Shown: positions 1-12,554 of the stretch, in pieces
How positions within the stretch are numbered: the stretch's first letter is position 1
How the letters are laid out: the number at the start of each line of letters is the position of its first letter
DNA from: Antedon mediterranea
Taxonomy: Eukaryota; Animalia; Echinodermata
DNA length: 64,000 nt
Direction of reading: 5' to 3'
Assembly (NCBI RefSeq): GCF_964355755.1
Contig: NC_092680.1
Coordinates: forward strand, 14,145,045 to 14,209,044
Translations under genes and position numbers: made by a program
Notes under the pieces: model-generated
What the model was told of the DNA's origin: nothing
Databases searched by the model: none
The model's input: only the letters and a program-made list of their open reading frames with translations

Positions 1-92
1 AGTGGGCAAGTAAAAAAATGATGAGGGCAACCAAAATCCAAAACCTACTTGCCCGAAGGGCAACCAAATATTTTAGGATTCTGCGAGCCCTG
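1..92. mobile_element. Possible end of a hAT-like MITE
   Basis: Repeated gggcaa(g/c) motifs ending gcgagccctg (CAGGG-type terminus); the other end lies outside the window. Confidence 0.3.
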
Positions 93-139
93 GCATTTAT
101 TATTTACCATTATACAGGATTTCACAATAAGGTATAAAT

Positions 140-970
140 GTGTACCGCAAAATGTAAAACAGTTTTCACTATTACGATATTGTTCCATATTTCTATCTTA
201 GGAATATATTAGATATATAAGAGTTTTAAAACAAAATTTCTGATTCATCGGTAGATTTTCAACTCAATTTCAATTGTACGCGGTCAAAGTAATTTCTGGG
301 TTCACGATGAGTTTACAGGTTCACCTTGCAACTACCTGGTTTCAGTTAAGTTGGTCATTAGTGGCTATAGCTATTTTAGTTTTTTGTTTATTTTCGGATC
401 GGACCGCGCGTGTGAAGGTACAGTAGTTAAAAAATAAATCCCGATAGCCGAGTTTTATTGAGTAAGCTGGCAGGAATAACTGTAGGCTATCTGTGTCCCA
501 TTAGGGCCCATATTGCAAGCCGTCTAAAACACCTTCCTTCTTGGGCCGAAACGGCCTACACTGTCGCGGAAGTTAGTTTCAAAAGATGTTTAAATTAAAT
601 AATGTATTATGATGGTATTTATTTGAATAAACGCCTCCCCAATAAAACATCACTTTGAATAATAATCGCCTACACCCACCTACCCAACTATCTAATGAAC
701 GCCCATCCACATTAATTATACACACAATATTATATATACTATTTATAATAGAATTCATTACACTGTTAACTATAATTTACCAAGCATTTGTTATAATTTT
801 TTACCACTTTTCATATCTATTAGAGGATTTTATTTGATTATAAATGTTACGATATTATTAAAACTAAAAAATCCCTCGAATAAGCATCTCCCTCAAATGA
901 ACTCTGCCTCCCCACCTCCGCCCTATAAAACAATAAACACTATACTTTAAAATGTTATTAATCATCTAAG
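140..970 (+). mobile_element. Diverged non-autonomous Helitron, 5' part (target of the TIR transposon)
   Basis: Colinear similarity to 22600-23660 (aaatcccgatagc.gagttttattgagtaagct; aataaaacatcactttgaataataa). 5' boundary approximate. Confidence 0.85.
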
Positions 971-1304
971 TATGGGGCGCCATAAGCAGCAAAAGTGTGT
1001 TGCTGAAAAATGTATGTGTACATTTAAAATGTGTGCGTGTGTAATTGCAAAATGTATTTGTAAACCTAAAAATGTGTGTGTATTTGTAAAATGCATGTTT
1101 GTAATTGTAAAACGTAGTTGTACATTTGTAAAATGTAGTTGTACACTTTTAAAATGTAGTTGTACACTTTTAAAATGTAGTTGAAACAAGGAATGTACAC
1201 TTGTAACGCTTGGTTAGAGATCTCTAATCAAGCGTGAAGACCATACCATTTCTCGAAAGGGGTTTATCGTCTAGAATGGCTAGATGACCGGCGGCCTGCC
1301 ACCG
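971..1304 (+). repeat. Left terminal inverted repeat (~335 bp) with internal 21-bp tandem units
   Basis: Near-perfect reverse complement of 11086-11440 up to ~1260, looser to ~1304; units tgtacacttttaaaatgtagt; palindrome ttagagatctctaa at 1214-1227. Confidence 0.92.
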
Positions 1305-2050
1305 CCTGCGAATAACCTCTACGCACCCTCATGGTATTCAGCAAGTGAGACGAGCATGCACCACATGTTTGGATGGAATCTGGAATGCATACCCATACTT
1401 CTTTTAATCGTTGATTAGGGCTATCTATACTATAGTCAACTGTCAGTGTCATCCTATTGTTGAGGTAGGCAGGCCTACACAGTACAGTATGTAAAGTAGC
1501 CCATTCCTTAGAGCTGTAAACCAGTATAGGGCCTACTAGGCCTAGCCTAGCCTAGTACAGCTACAACAGTACAGGGCCTAGCTAGCGTAGCTAGTCTACT
1601 AGTAGGCCAAGAGGCATACATAGGCCTATTATATAGGTGCCGCCTAGGCCTAACTAGGCAAACCGCATAAACTAGCTAAATGCCTACATCACGCAGCTTA
1701 AGTGTCAGCGTTTACTGTACCTGTCATCAATTTAAAAAAGGATTTATTTGTTTATACATTTTATAAGGGTCAGACGTGAGCCTACTTATGAGGCCTACTT
1801 AAAGCCTAAATCCAAGATTTGCTATTCATGATATAGTTAGTTAACACATTTGGAGTTGATAACAGCAGTAGGGCTGGTGTTAGGCTAGCCAAACCTGCAG
1901 GGTATGGCCTAGCCTAGTAGTAGCCCAGCTAGTTGTAAGCTAGCCCTACTAGACCTGGGTAAAACAATCAATATTTTACTACTGAAATAACAAAATGCGA
2001 TATTCTATTCTTCTTCTTGTAATGTAGAATAATCCTTTAAAATATATCTA

Positions 2051-2452
2051 AACTAGAGGGTACTCCGAGAGTACAAACCTCCGCCTACTGTAAAATTCCC
2101 CTACATAAAATTCCCTCCGAAAATGGTTTTTTTTTTACATTTTTTTTATTAGTTCTAAGTGTAAATAGGCTAACTGCACACTACAAAGTTGTGGATGAGA
2201 GTTTGGTGTAATGGTTATGTATCCAGCCTCTCACAGTTAAGGTCCCTGGTTCAAATCCCGCTGAGAGTTTTTTTTATTTTTATATATTTTTTTTTTCGTC
2301 CGAGCTTTTGGGGCATAGACCATTGTGTCCAAATTTGGTGAGAATCGGATAAAAACTGTGGCCTTCAGGCTGTTCACAGACACAAACACACCCACACACG
2401 CGCACCCACGCACCCAACAGGGGTGAAAACATAACCTCCTTGGCGGAGGTAA
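2051..2452 (-). mobile_element. Short HINE-type element containing a tRNA-like segment
   Basis: On the minus strand: 5' ttacctccgccaaggaggt, microsatellite-like tract, 3' ggcggaggt + hairpin gtactctcggagtac + ctagtt. The same 5' end recurs at 45464. Confidence 0.7.
2197..2268 (+). pseudogene. tRNA-derived (SINE-head-like) fragment
   Basis: A box tggtgtaatgg (2204) and B box ggttcaaatcc (2248); acceptor and anticodon stems pair poorly. Confidence 0.5.
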
Positions 2453-2579
2453 CAAAATATGAGCTTCACCACTAGTACTGTGTAGTAGGATAGTTAATTC
2501 AGTACTGTATCTGTATTGATGAATTTAATTATTAATAATAATTTGTTTTGTTTCAGATAACTACTGTAAAAATAAAACC

Positions 2580-4556
2580 ATGGCATCGCTTTCAACAACT
2601 GATATAGATAATTTAACCAAATCCCTACTATCAAATGACAATTTTTTAACAATCATTCAGAATGTAACTCCAAATGCTCAACCTCAAGCACATAGAAATA
2701 CTACAAGAAGACCACACCAAGATCTAAATAGTGAAATGAATAGTTTATTTACCACACCATCAACAAGATCAAGAAATACCACCAGAAGAAGAACACAAGA
2801 TAATTCAAGGTCTCGTTCATGCTCTAATTCTAGGCAAAACCAAAATTACTTCTACTTAAAAGAAGTCATTTTATTGGATACATCACAAAGCGATCAAATA
2901 CCCAGGGCAAATTACTATGGAAAACTAGATGAAAAAGGTTAGTTATTTATTATGATTATTATCCTAATCTACTATGTATTTCAGTTTTTTTATTCAATAC
3001 TAATAAAAACAAGGCCAACAGCCATAAGTCGCGTGCTAAAACGCATAGTGATACCGGACCAACAGACAGACCGACCGACCGACATAGTGAACTATAGAGT
3101 TGCGTACACGCAACTAAAAATATTGTTTCTTACCAATTTTTGTTTCAGAAACTTTTTTGGCACATTCACTTAAAAAAATGTATTTATAGTCTAAACATTT
3201 AGGTAATGAACTTTTTTAAACAAAATTCCTCAATTCATGAATAAATATATAAAAAGTATAGAACAGTGTCTTGAGTAAAAAATAAATTGATTTTTTTTTT
3301 CAATCTTTTGAAAGTTGATAAACATTTTCAAGGTTCAACATGGCCTATTTTTGTTTTTGTCTACATGAGAAATCATATTTACTGATTATGTATCATGAAA
3401 TTTACTTTTAACACTACAGGTCATGTTTATCATCATGTTGAACTAGAACAATGCATGACAGCAAAAGAAGTTTACAAAAAATTGGAAAATATGTTTTCAG
3501 ATATATTGGAAATTGAAAGTGATCCGAATAAGTAAGTTCTTTTGATTTATTTAAATTTAAAATAAAGTACTGTAACTGTAGTGAAAACTAAAATGTTAAA
3601 TTTAGTTTACAAGCAATGTTTGATTTGCAAAAAAATATTTTGAATAAGTTTTTGCTCAGCGAAAGTGGGATTCTGATTGGTTACAAGCATGACTGATTCA
3701 TAGAAACAATATTCCAGCTTCCTTTTCATCTTCAAAAGATTAAACAAAATGCCTTGCAAAATCTTAACTTTGAGCTTTCAATATAATGTGATAGTACCAA
3801 CATAAGAAGTTTGTTAACCTGTGTGCAATGATATGATGTACAGTTAAGATCAGAATAATTTTTGATTGGTCATTACAATATACACACCAGTACATATTCT
3901 GAATGTTTTTAATAAATAACTATAATAATAAATGAACTGTACCTTGATATTTAGGTGCTGAGCGTTTTAAGTCAGAAAAAAAAGAATGCCTTGTGTACAG
4001 CTTTCACCTCCCTTCAGTAAATAACATAACATTTTGTCATCTACATTTTATAAATTATATCTTCTAGGTTTGAGTTTATGATTGGAATGGGTTCACGATT
4101 AACTAAACTACGTTTAACTGATGATCAAGAAAGGAATGCACAGCTTTTGCATCGTTTATATGGAAACAAGAGGGTGTACTTGTTGCCTTCCCGAGATATT
4201 GTTAGTACAACTAACAGTAACATTAGTGACTATTTATTACCTCTTAGTCCTACATCTGATGCAAAAGAAAGTGATACTGAAGCATAAGAGATGGCCTTCA
4301 GTATACAGAACTTATGCCATTCATTGAAAGATGCAATGAAATGTGTTCTATTTTCCTAATGAAACATGTGGATATGACACCCGAGTTGATGGTAGACATA
4401 GTAGAGTGGGATACTCTGGAGAATGTTCATAAAGAGAAAGAGTGGTTACGGGAAGCAATTAATGAGATGTCGTGCCAAGAATTAACATGTATGCTAAAAT
4501 TTTGTACCAGCTTTACACAGTTCTTTTCTCAAACCAAAAATGTTGTTGATAGCTGA
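2580..4556 (+). pseudogene. Second transposon gene, three exons, ending in a truncated HECT-like (G2E3-like) E3 ligase fragment
   Basis: Exons 2580-2937, 3420-3531 and 4068-4287 have GT-AG sites and splice in frame (..KLDEKG/HVYHHVELEQ..DPNK/FEFMIGMG..). From ~4283 another frame reads IRDGLQYTELMPFIERCNEMCSIF..EWLREAINEMSCQELTCMLKFCTS, resembling the HECT N/C-lobe junction (W..i.ems.ee...lLkFvTG). No catalytic-Cys segment seen. Confidence 0.65.
3008..3120. repeat. ~110-bp dispersed mini-element (DINE-1/HINE-like) in an intron
   Basis: Near-identical to 15952-16060; (GACC/GACA)n tract and terminal hairpin agttgcgtacacgcaact. Confidence 0.75.
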
Positions 4557-5564
4557 TCTTATTCAATTGTTATGTTTCTTTGAATGCTTGAGCATTCAGA
4601 CTTTAGACAATTTAGTTTTTATTGTAGCAATGATAGCTTTAAAATGTTAGTACTGTAATTAAGTGCTAACATGTTTAATACAATAATGACATTCAGTTTT
4701 GTTATTGTTAATATGTTTTTATTGTTTTAATCAAGCTTAATTCAAAGTCTTAATTCCAATTTAAAAAAAAATATTTTGCAATTAGTGGCTACATTTTTTT
4801 TTTACAATTTTTGTTTAATATTATTGTTGGGAAACACAATCATAAAGTTATTTTTATCACATACAGTGGTAGTTATATTTTGAACACCAGTTTTAACATA
4901 GTTACATGAATGTTTTAATGATGGAGGGTTTTATTTTTAAATCACATTTAAATAATTATATAATATTGAGAGTTTTTTTCCCTAAAAATCATATTATGAA
5001 TTGCTCATTTATGTCAGACTTCAATACTTGATTTGTATGTATAGAAATTGATTTTCTACTACATCTTAAATGTATAAAGATAATTTCATGTTAAATATCT
5101 TCAATGCTTGTTACTTTCATTCATTTAATACCATGTACCACATTTTTTTTTTCTTGTACTTTTATACTTGAAATTCATATAAACTATACTTTGGTAATGT
5201 TTGGGTTACTTATAAACCAAAGGATTCATTTCTATTTAAAAAAAAAATTTGGTTTAGAATAAAAGAACAGCCTCTATAATAAGCTATTTCTTTGCACTTA
5301 TGGGTATGTTAAATAATTCCACAGAAATTTTACTTAACACGCTTCTTGTTGTTATTAGATTAAAAACTGATTTTATAACGTATTTATAGTATGGTACCTT
5401 CATGGAGTTTTGCATACTTTTTAAAGTTTGTGATTGTATTTAAAACAACTAAACACTGCATTAAAAGTATTTTTGAGTCTGTCTTATTTTGTTGTTTGTT
5501 TGAACTTATTGAAAGTATACCGCTGCAAAAACAATGTCACAAAGGTCAATTTTTTCAATGCCCG

Positions 5565-5748
5565 ACAACTCCCAGTTCACTCAGCTGTAAAATGAGTACC
5601 TGGTTGAAAATACTAGGGAGAAAAAAGGCGGCGTGGAAAGGAACTGGCCACCCTACCACATAATGCCGAGGCTTAGTACAATGAGCTCCTAACAGCTCAT
5701 TCCCCTACGTTCAGAGAACACGGGACTCACCTTTACTTTACCTTTACA
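5565..5748 (+). mobile_element. SINE fragment with Nin/Deu-like central domain and (ACCTTT)-type tail
   Basis: cactcagctgtaaaatgagtacctgg..aaggcggcg..ggaactggccaccctacc; tail cacctttactttacctttac. Confidence 0.6.
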
Positions 5749-7010
5749 CTATTTTGTGTAACAATTATCTCAAAAAGTTCACTCATCTGTGACGTAATTT
5801 ATACGCAATTTTGTGAAATCACATTATCGATCATATCTCAATATTACTTGTAATCACATGTCAATAAAATTCACTATACATAAACTGCATGTCAAGGGTA
5901 AAAAGAATAGCAAATAAAATAAAAATTAATAGTGAAATTGCGCGTTAAAAATTTAAAAAGCTCAAAATTACATTCACCAAATTTGAGTCTATTCCGACTT
6001 TAAATAACGCTATACGAGCAGGTTAAAAAATGACAAAATGCGCACATTAATTGCACAAAAGTGTCAAAAACGGTAAAAAATAAGGCCTTATAATATATAA
6101 ATATAACTCTTCAGAATGGACGCTTACCCCCATTTTTTTTAACTGATTATGGAAGCCAATGAGTTGGAGGAGTTATGAATGCATCATGTACATATTAGAC
6201 GTACAAAATTATATGTCATCATTTGGCCACATAAATAAAAAAATTGGATTTTTTTCGTTTCATCTTAGACAATCATATTGAACAGAGGGCATCTCGCTTA
6301 TCTGTGATCGATTTTCTTTTAATTTTTAATATATTCTACCTCAACCAATTATGTTACTCATGAGTTGCCAACATTTCCATTTAGATGATTTCATCATGTC
6401 TAAAAATTTAAATAACGCTGATTACGTAATTTCACCTACAACGGATATTTGAATACCTTGCAGCTCTTCTGAAATAAAGTTGACCTTGATTTTTATAACT
6501 TATTATGAGAGCTTGTAAAATGTAGATATGAATTTATTTAAAAATTAGGTCTATCGGATGTTGTAACGTTATCATATGGCCAGTTGAAGTTAAAAAGTAG
6601 TTTTTTCATCTCTTTCGTCAAAGTTATACAAATTTTAAAGAGCGCGCACCACGCTTCTACGTGCCAAATTTTCTTCCAATTGTTATATTTTATTACTCAA
6701 TTCATTATCTTTCGATATTGTTATCCACAAGTTTATTTTGATAATGTTATCAATGCCAAAAAATTAGAACATGATGTGTGTCCGTAATTTCACCAATACT
6801 ACACGGTATATAGATATACAGTATATACTGTACTTAATGTATATGGCATATAATATACACAACTCAGCACTATATAAGCGTATAATAGGAAGGCATACAT
6901 CAACATTTTCCGATCGTATGTTCGCATACGTGCATGTTTAAAAAATATTAATGTCCATAAAATTATAAAAATGATCAACAATAATTCGTCAAAGTTAAAT
7001 TAATTTCTAG
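5749..7010 (+). mobile_element. Older HINE related to the 20-45 kb and 58-64 kb families, between the two transposon genes
   Basis: Shares atcggatgttgtaacgttatcatatggccagttgaa and gcatctcgctta blocks with 58000-64000; ends aattcgtcaaag..tttctagtt. 5' boundary uncertain. Confidence 0.65.
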
Positions 7011-8319
7011 TTTTTTTTATATCTATATTGAAAATTTGTTTAGAAACAATAAAAATCAATTTGTGGGTAATAGGGGCAGACGCAGGGGTGTTGCCTGGGC
7101 AATTCCTTCTTTCTGCAAATTTCAATATTTTTTTCTGGAGTGTTGTTTAGGCAACACTGTTTATACAGTTTATAGTGGATAAATGAAAATAAATTTTGCT
7201 AATTGTGGTTTTACTGACTTATTTAGCATTTATTTCAAAATAATACAATTAAACCTTTTGCTCAAAATATTTATAGCAGCAGCCTCTTATTTTTTGTTTA
7301 GCTTTTTAAAATTATGATTTGATAATAAATAATTTGTACTCATTATAATTGCTAATTAAATTTAATTAATTAATTTCCGGCCATCTAGTGGTGTAATTAA
7401 AAAAAATTTGCATCGCTCCTCTTTGGGCCAAATATGTGGTTTTGCGGCTGGACTCTTCTTGGCCAACACCCTTAAAATAGTCCTCTGCGACCACCCTTGC
7501 CTGTTAAAATTGCATGTTGCAAATCTAGCCAAAATACAATCGATTTTAAATAGCTTGGATCAGCTCTGTATTTGTTTTGCATTGGGAAATCTGTAACATT
7601 CACAACAAATATAGTTTTTACTAAAAAAAAAATCATGTCATTCAAATTTTGTTAATATAAATTTATTTATGGATAAGTTTCTAGCCACAGTACAATTGAG
7701 TTTAGATGAGCTCAGCTCTACCTTTTGTTTGAAGGCTCTGTGTTTACTGTACGTTATTAATATAGCTATCATAAAAATTTGAGTTTTTACACCAAAAAAC
7801 TGTTAAAAATCATGTTACTGTATTTATTTAAATAAACACCTGAGGATTGTTATGAGTACAAAGCACTATCCAATCGTATGCTACACCTCAAACAATATAA
7901 ATTATAATATAAAATAAAACTAAACAATAGATTAAAGCAACAACAAAAAATTTATTTACAGTTAAAATGTTTCATGAGTACAGAAAAAAGCTGCTTAATA
8001 TAACATTGGAGAGCTGTCGCAAATATGTTGAAAATAATAAAGAATGTTCTTTTGGAATATCTTGCCATACACAGAGACAATTATTATAATAAATATTAGA
8101 AAAACTAACTCTCTCGTCCATAGAAAGTAAATTTAAATTACCCATTGCACAAAGTTGTATTTGTGCTACAGTAGTATTATATTTTTTCAAAAAAGAAAAC
8201 CAGACTCTAGTGGTCCTACGGAAACCGGTGAAAAGTCTCATTAGAATCAATGTTTGTTAATTTCTAGGGTTGTTTACTATCACTGATCGGAGATAGTTAC
8301 TAAATGGTTGTTTAGGGGT

Positions 8320-10039
8320 TTACATCATGCCTTCCACTATATGAACTAAATTGACATAAATGTCTATACACTGGTCAACATCTGCTTTATTAGCACCTAG
8401 TGCATATGATTTAATAAATTGTTCTTGGTTGTTGGTTAATGGCAATTGTATATATGGAACAACAATCTGTTCATTATTGTTGTCATCAACAGCTTGTGGC
8501 CCATCTTCATCAATTCCATTGTGAATTAGATCTTGATATTCTTCAGGATTGGTAAATGCATAAGCATTTAATCCCATATGCCAAAGTTGATTCGGTGAAA
8601 GATTATGTTCGCTACTCATGGGATGGTCATTCCAATTGCCTTCCATCTCTCTTAATGAATCATTAATGAGACTTAAAAATACCGAATGAAGGCAATAAAT
8701 ATGAATCTGGTTTAAGGGATCAAGAATTCCCAAATTTTCCATGTAGTTAAATATACCTTGAAATTGTTTAACAGTTCGTTTGACATCCAGCCACAGCCTT
8801 TCAATTCTTTGATTGTGAACTGATGAACCTGTTATATGGCTGCCACGATTTAAGCCTCTATTGCTTAACATAAAGCGAGCCACCAATACATTCTCGCCTC
8901 CTTTATCAGATCTGACTCGTGATGGTAAACCATGCTGTCCAACAGCTTCTTGAAATAGCTGAAGAACACTCTCTGCTTTGTTATTTGTGCAACATCTAAG
9001 ATAAACAATCTTGCGTGAATATCCATCAATGCCTCCTAATATGACAAAGTTCCAGCAAATTAACTTATGATGGCCATCGATGTGCCTGTAAAACAAAACA
9101 AATTGGCTACTCTCTTGAATCATGCATAATAAACTTTTTGTACTGACGTACATTGTTAATGTTACATGTGTATATTTTCTTATCAATTATATGTACAGTA
9201 CCTCAACAATAATTCATGCAAATAAGTATTATGGGCAACTTATTATTCACATCTTAAAAAAGTTCATACTTTTTTTTAAATCTGCTAAATATACTGTATT
9301 TATTATTGTTAGTAAAAACATCTACCGTATACTGTAATCCGTCATAAACTATTTGGACTTGCAACATTGTAAACTCTTCTTATAACAGATCTGGTTCGCC
9401 TTAATGATCTATTGATTGGGTCAACCTCCATTATAGCATCCCGAATTAGACTTCTCTGAACATGTATACGCCTTCTTCTTAATCCACCAATAATTAATGT
9501 TTCTCCAGCATCAGGCAATAAAATCAATATTCTTCATTTAAAAGCTGATCTCTTGAAATATTTGAATAGTAGTTTCTAGTAGAGTTAGGCTGGGAAACGA
9601 GCAAACCATATAATCTTCTTCTTCTTCGAAGTGTATCAACAGAAATCGCTAATTGATGTGCAACAATTTTCCAACTATGAAATATTTCAAATAGTTCTTC
9701 AATATTCTCTTTATTAACTATAATCCTTGGCCGCCCATTAGATGTTTGTTCAGTTTGATGCGATGCAAACTACCTATGATGATCATGATTTCCGTTTATT
9801 CTTTCATCATATGAGGCAAAAATAGAATTTAATTCAGTAGAAAGTATAACAAATTGTTCAATGGTATCTAGAGGAACATCACTCTCTTGTAACCTTCTTA
9901 AAACAATATTAAATAAAATGTTTAAATTCTCAATCCTAAGATGCCAGTTTTCAAGCACATTAATATTGTCAGATATAAGACCTCTTTGCGCCTGGCATAA
10001 AGTTCCTGGTAATTCTCTGATAATTTGCAGCAAATCCAT
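8320..10039 (-). pseudogene. DDE integrase-core transposase with N-terminal HTH, disrupted
   Basis: Last exon 9085-8320 (acceptor ttttacag|G): [40 protein letters not shown] triad intact. Upstream exon from ATG 10039: in-frame TAG at 9772-9770, then HTH-like GRPRIIVNKENIEELFEIFHSWKIVAHQLAISVDTLRRRR, frameshift near 9535, then RRVYNVASPNSL; the expected GT donor after TG (~9343) is missing. Confidence 0.88.
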
Positions 10040-11085
10040 GGTAAATGCCTGTTCTGAAATAAAAATATGTACAAATTAATTCTTAAAATTTGATTTGAAA
10101 TAAGAATTATTATTAGCTAGCTAGCCTAGGGCCTTTAGTACGCCTACAGGGAACATTTTCGCCAGTGTAGCGTAGCAAAAAGCTATACAAAACAACCTTA
10201 TTGCTACACATTTTGAAAATTGTGTAGCAAAAAATACAATACAAAACTATGTTTCTCGACTTAAAAATCAGTTTGATTAGCAATATTGCTAAACAACATT
10301 TTTAAATGAAAATTTTCCCTGGCCTACTAGTACTACTACTAGGCCCGAGTCTATGGTCTCCAGGGAGGCTATATTTATTATAGGCTAGTACTAGCCTACT
10401 AGGGCCTATACGCCTAGAAGGCTAGTAGTAGAAGGACTAGGGCCTAGTAGTCTAGGCCTGCCTACTATAGCTAACTATGCCTAGCTAGTAAAGACCTAGC
10501 CTATAGGCCTGCTAGGTAGGCAAGAGGTAGGCCTAGCCTAGCTAGCTTAGTAGTTAGTGGGCATAAGCCTATAGAGGTCTTTGGTTAGTTTAGTAGGCTC
10601 CTTGATTGAGAGCTAGCCTATATAGGCCTAGGCCTAGCCCTATTTAGGCCCAGGGCTTTAGGCCTACTGGCTAGTAGGCTTAGGCCTAGCTAGCCTAGCC
10701 TAGGTTTAGGCCCGGGCCCTACTTCTACTATACTACACAGGCTAGGCCTCTATAGGCCTAGTATAGCCTAGCTAGGCTAGTAGTAGTAGGCCTAGTTACT
10801 CCCGTTACTAGGCCTAGGCCTAGGCCTAGTAGGCTAGCTGTTTCATTCTTTTCTTTTAATAACGGAATTGGGTCTTTATTTATAGGCGCGAGGTCTAGCC
10901 TAAACTAAATATTGTATTGTTATACATACCTACCACCCTTAGTGATTTAGTATAGTCCGGCCTAGGCCTAGTTATTATATAATTTAGTAGACGACCGACA
11001 ACAGTGTTTCGCCGTCGCTTTTCAATATAATCAAAACTCCCAAAACGCCAATGCTATAACGATAAAAAGGAAATAAATATACCAT

Positions 11086-11440
11086 CGGCGGCCGGCCGCC
11101 GGTCAGATAGCCATTTTCCATGGTATACCCCTCTCGAGAAATGGTATGGTCTTCACGCTTGATTAGAGATCTCTAACCAAGCGTTACAAGTATACATTCC
11201 TTGTTACAACTACATTTTAAAAGTGTACAACTACATTTTAAAAGTGTACAACTACATTTTAAAAGTGTACAACTACATTTTACAAATGTACAACTACGTT
11301 TTACAATTACAAACATGCATTTTACAAATACACACACATTTTTAGGTTTACAAATACATTTTGCAATTACACACACACACATTTTAAATGTACACATACA
11401 TTTTTCAGCTACACACTTTTGCTGCTTATGGCGCCCCATA
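11086..11440 (-). repeat. Right terminal inverted repeat (~355 bp), one extra 21-bp unit
   Basis: Reverse complement of the left TIR; the ORF track shows three CTLLKCS units here versus two on the left. Confidence 0.92.
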
Positions 11441-11446
11441 TCTAAG

Positions 11447-11629
11447 ACACTGTGAAACAGAGTAGGTTTAGTTTTTCGAATGTCAAGCATTTTCAATAAT
11501 GGTAACCGACAGAAAACGTACAAGGAGAACGTCCTTCTAAAACCTTTTTACCCGAGTCATTATCATTCCGAGAACCTTCGTTTACACTTCCTAGAGGGGA
11601 GCGAGCAAACTAGAAGTCTAACCCTCTAG
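11447..11629 (+). mobile_element. Diverged non-autonomous Helitron, 3' part ending in CTAG
   Basis: Continues the match to 23662-23814 (gaatgtcaagcattttcaataatggtaaccgacagaaaa) and ends accctctag|t. Confidence 0.85.
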
Positions 11630-12554
11630 TTAGACGTAATTGTTGTTGAATATTTGATATAAATTGTTAAGTTGTTCCATACTTTTGCAACTCCAACGAT
11701 TATTTAATTTAATAGTCATAGTGGGGTATTATATATCTGTTATATAGAGGACATTGACAACTTTAGCCTTATATTTACAATTTACAATCCTGTGAGAAGT
11801 GACAATTTTAGAAAATTGTGTACAAACAACAATTTATGCACACATATTTAAAAAAAAATTATTTAAAGAATTTAATTTTTAGTGGCAGCCATTTTGAAAT
11901 CCAAGATGGCCGACAGATTATCGCTTTACATAGTTAGGATTGTATAATGGGTACAGTAATACCATCAAAACGGACTTGTTCCACATTCATAATTTGTATT
12001 ATTAGTGATATTCTGATTTTTAATAGGGTTATTTGAATGTTGGCGGCCATCATGAATTTGGTCCTTTAAATGTCTTTTGAAAAAATGGCAACATATTTTT
12101 TTTCATTCCTTATATTATCAAGATATGAAATAAAGTCAAAGTTTGCTTTTAACAAAAAATATACACGACATTCATATAAACGACATACCAGCCTACACTA
12201 TAATGCCAGATTGGGAAAAATAATGCCAAATCCCCAAAATGTGGCCCTAATTAGCGCCACCAACGGTTGCATGTCTAAAAAACGTCTATAAAACCCCCAA
12301 CTGACACAAAGGGCCTAAAATTGTATCCCCTGTCGTTTTGTGTAATAACTAATTTAATTTCCAATATCTGCTGGGGTGCGAAAATGGTAACTGCAAATGT
12401 CATCAGCCCCTACCCTGCAACTCCCCTCCCCCCCCCCCCCCCACACACACACACACCTGCAACACCCCCACCCCCTGCCAAATTAAAAACAAGGACATTC
12501 TGAATTTTTGGCTGAAATATGTTCGGAAATAGCATAAAAATCCATTAATGTCTT

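Larger units (their letters stand above)
971..11440. mobile_element. IS3EU-like cut-and-paste DNA transposon with long TIRs, 6-bp TSD and two convergent genes
   Basis: Begins tatggggcgccataagcagc (971), ends gctgcttatggcgccccata (11440); tctaag duplicated at 965-970 and 11441-11446; the empty site (atcatctaaaacac) is seen in related Helitron copies, e.g. near 23655. TAY..RTA ends, 6-bp TSD and an rve-type transposase fit the IS3EU superfamily. Confidence 0.9.

Noticed and set aside
972-1184. Cys/Lys-rich metallothionein-like ORF (and its mirror at 11173-11523)
   Set aside because: It is a translation of the 21-bp TIR repeats, open on both strands; no evidence of coding.
2197-2268. Functional tRNA gene
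   Set aside because: A and B boxes are present but the cloverleaf stems do not pair well, and it is embedded in a repeat.
9087-9186. N-terminus of the 288-aa ORF (MIRKYTH..)
   Set aside because: Intronic read-through upstream of the ttttacag acceptor at 9086.
9770-9772. Programmed stop readthrough or frameshifting in the transposase
   Set aside because: Several independent lesions (stop, frameshift, lost donor) are more simply explained by decay.
11745-12300. Possible DNA-transposon remnant with gccattttg/caagatggc motifs
   Set aside because: Could not define matching termini or a TSD.
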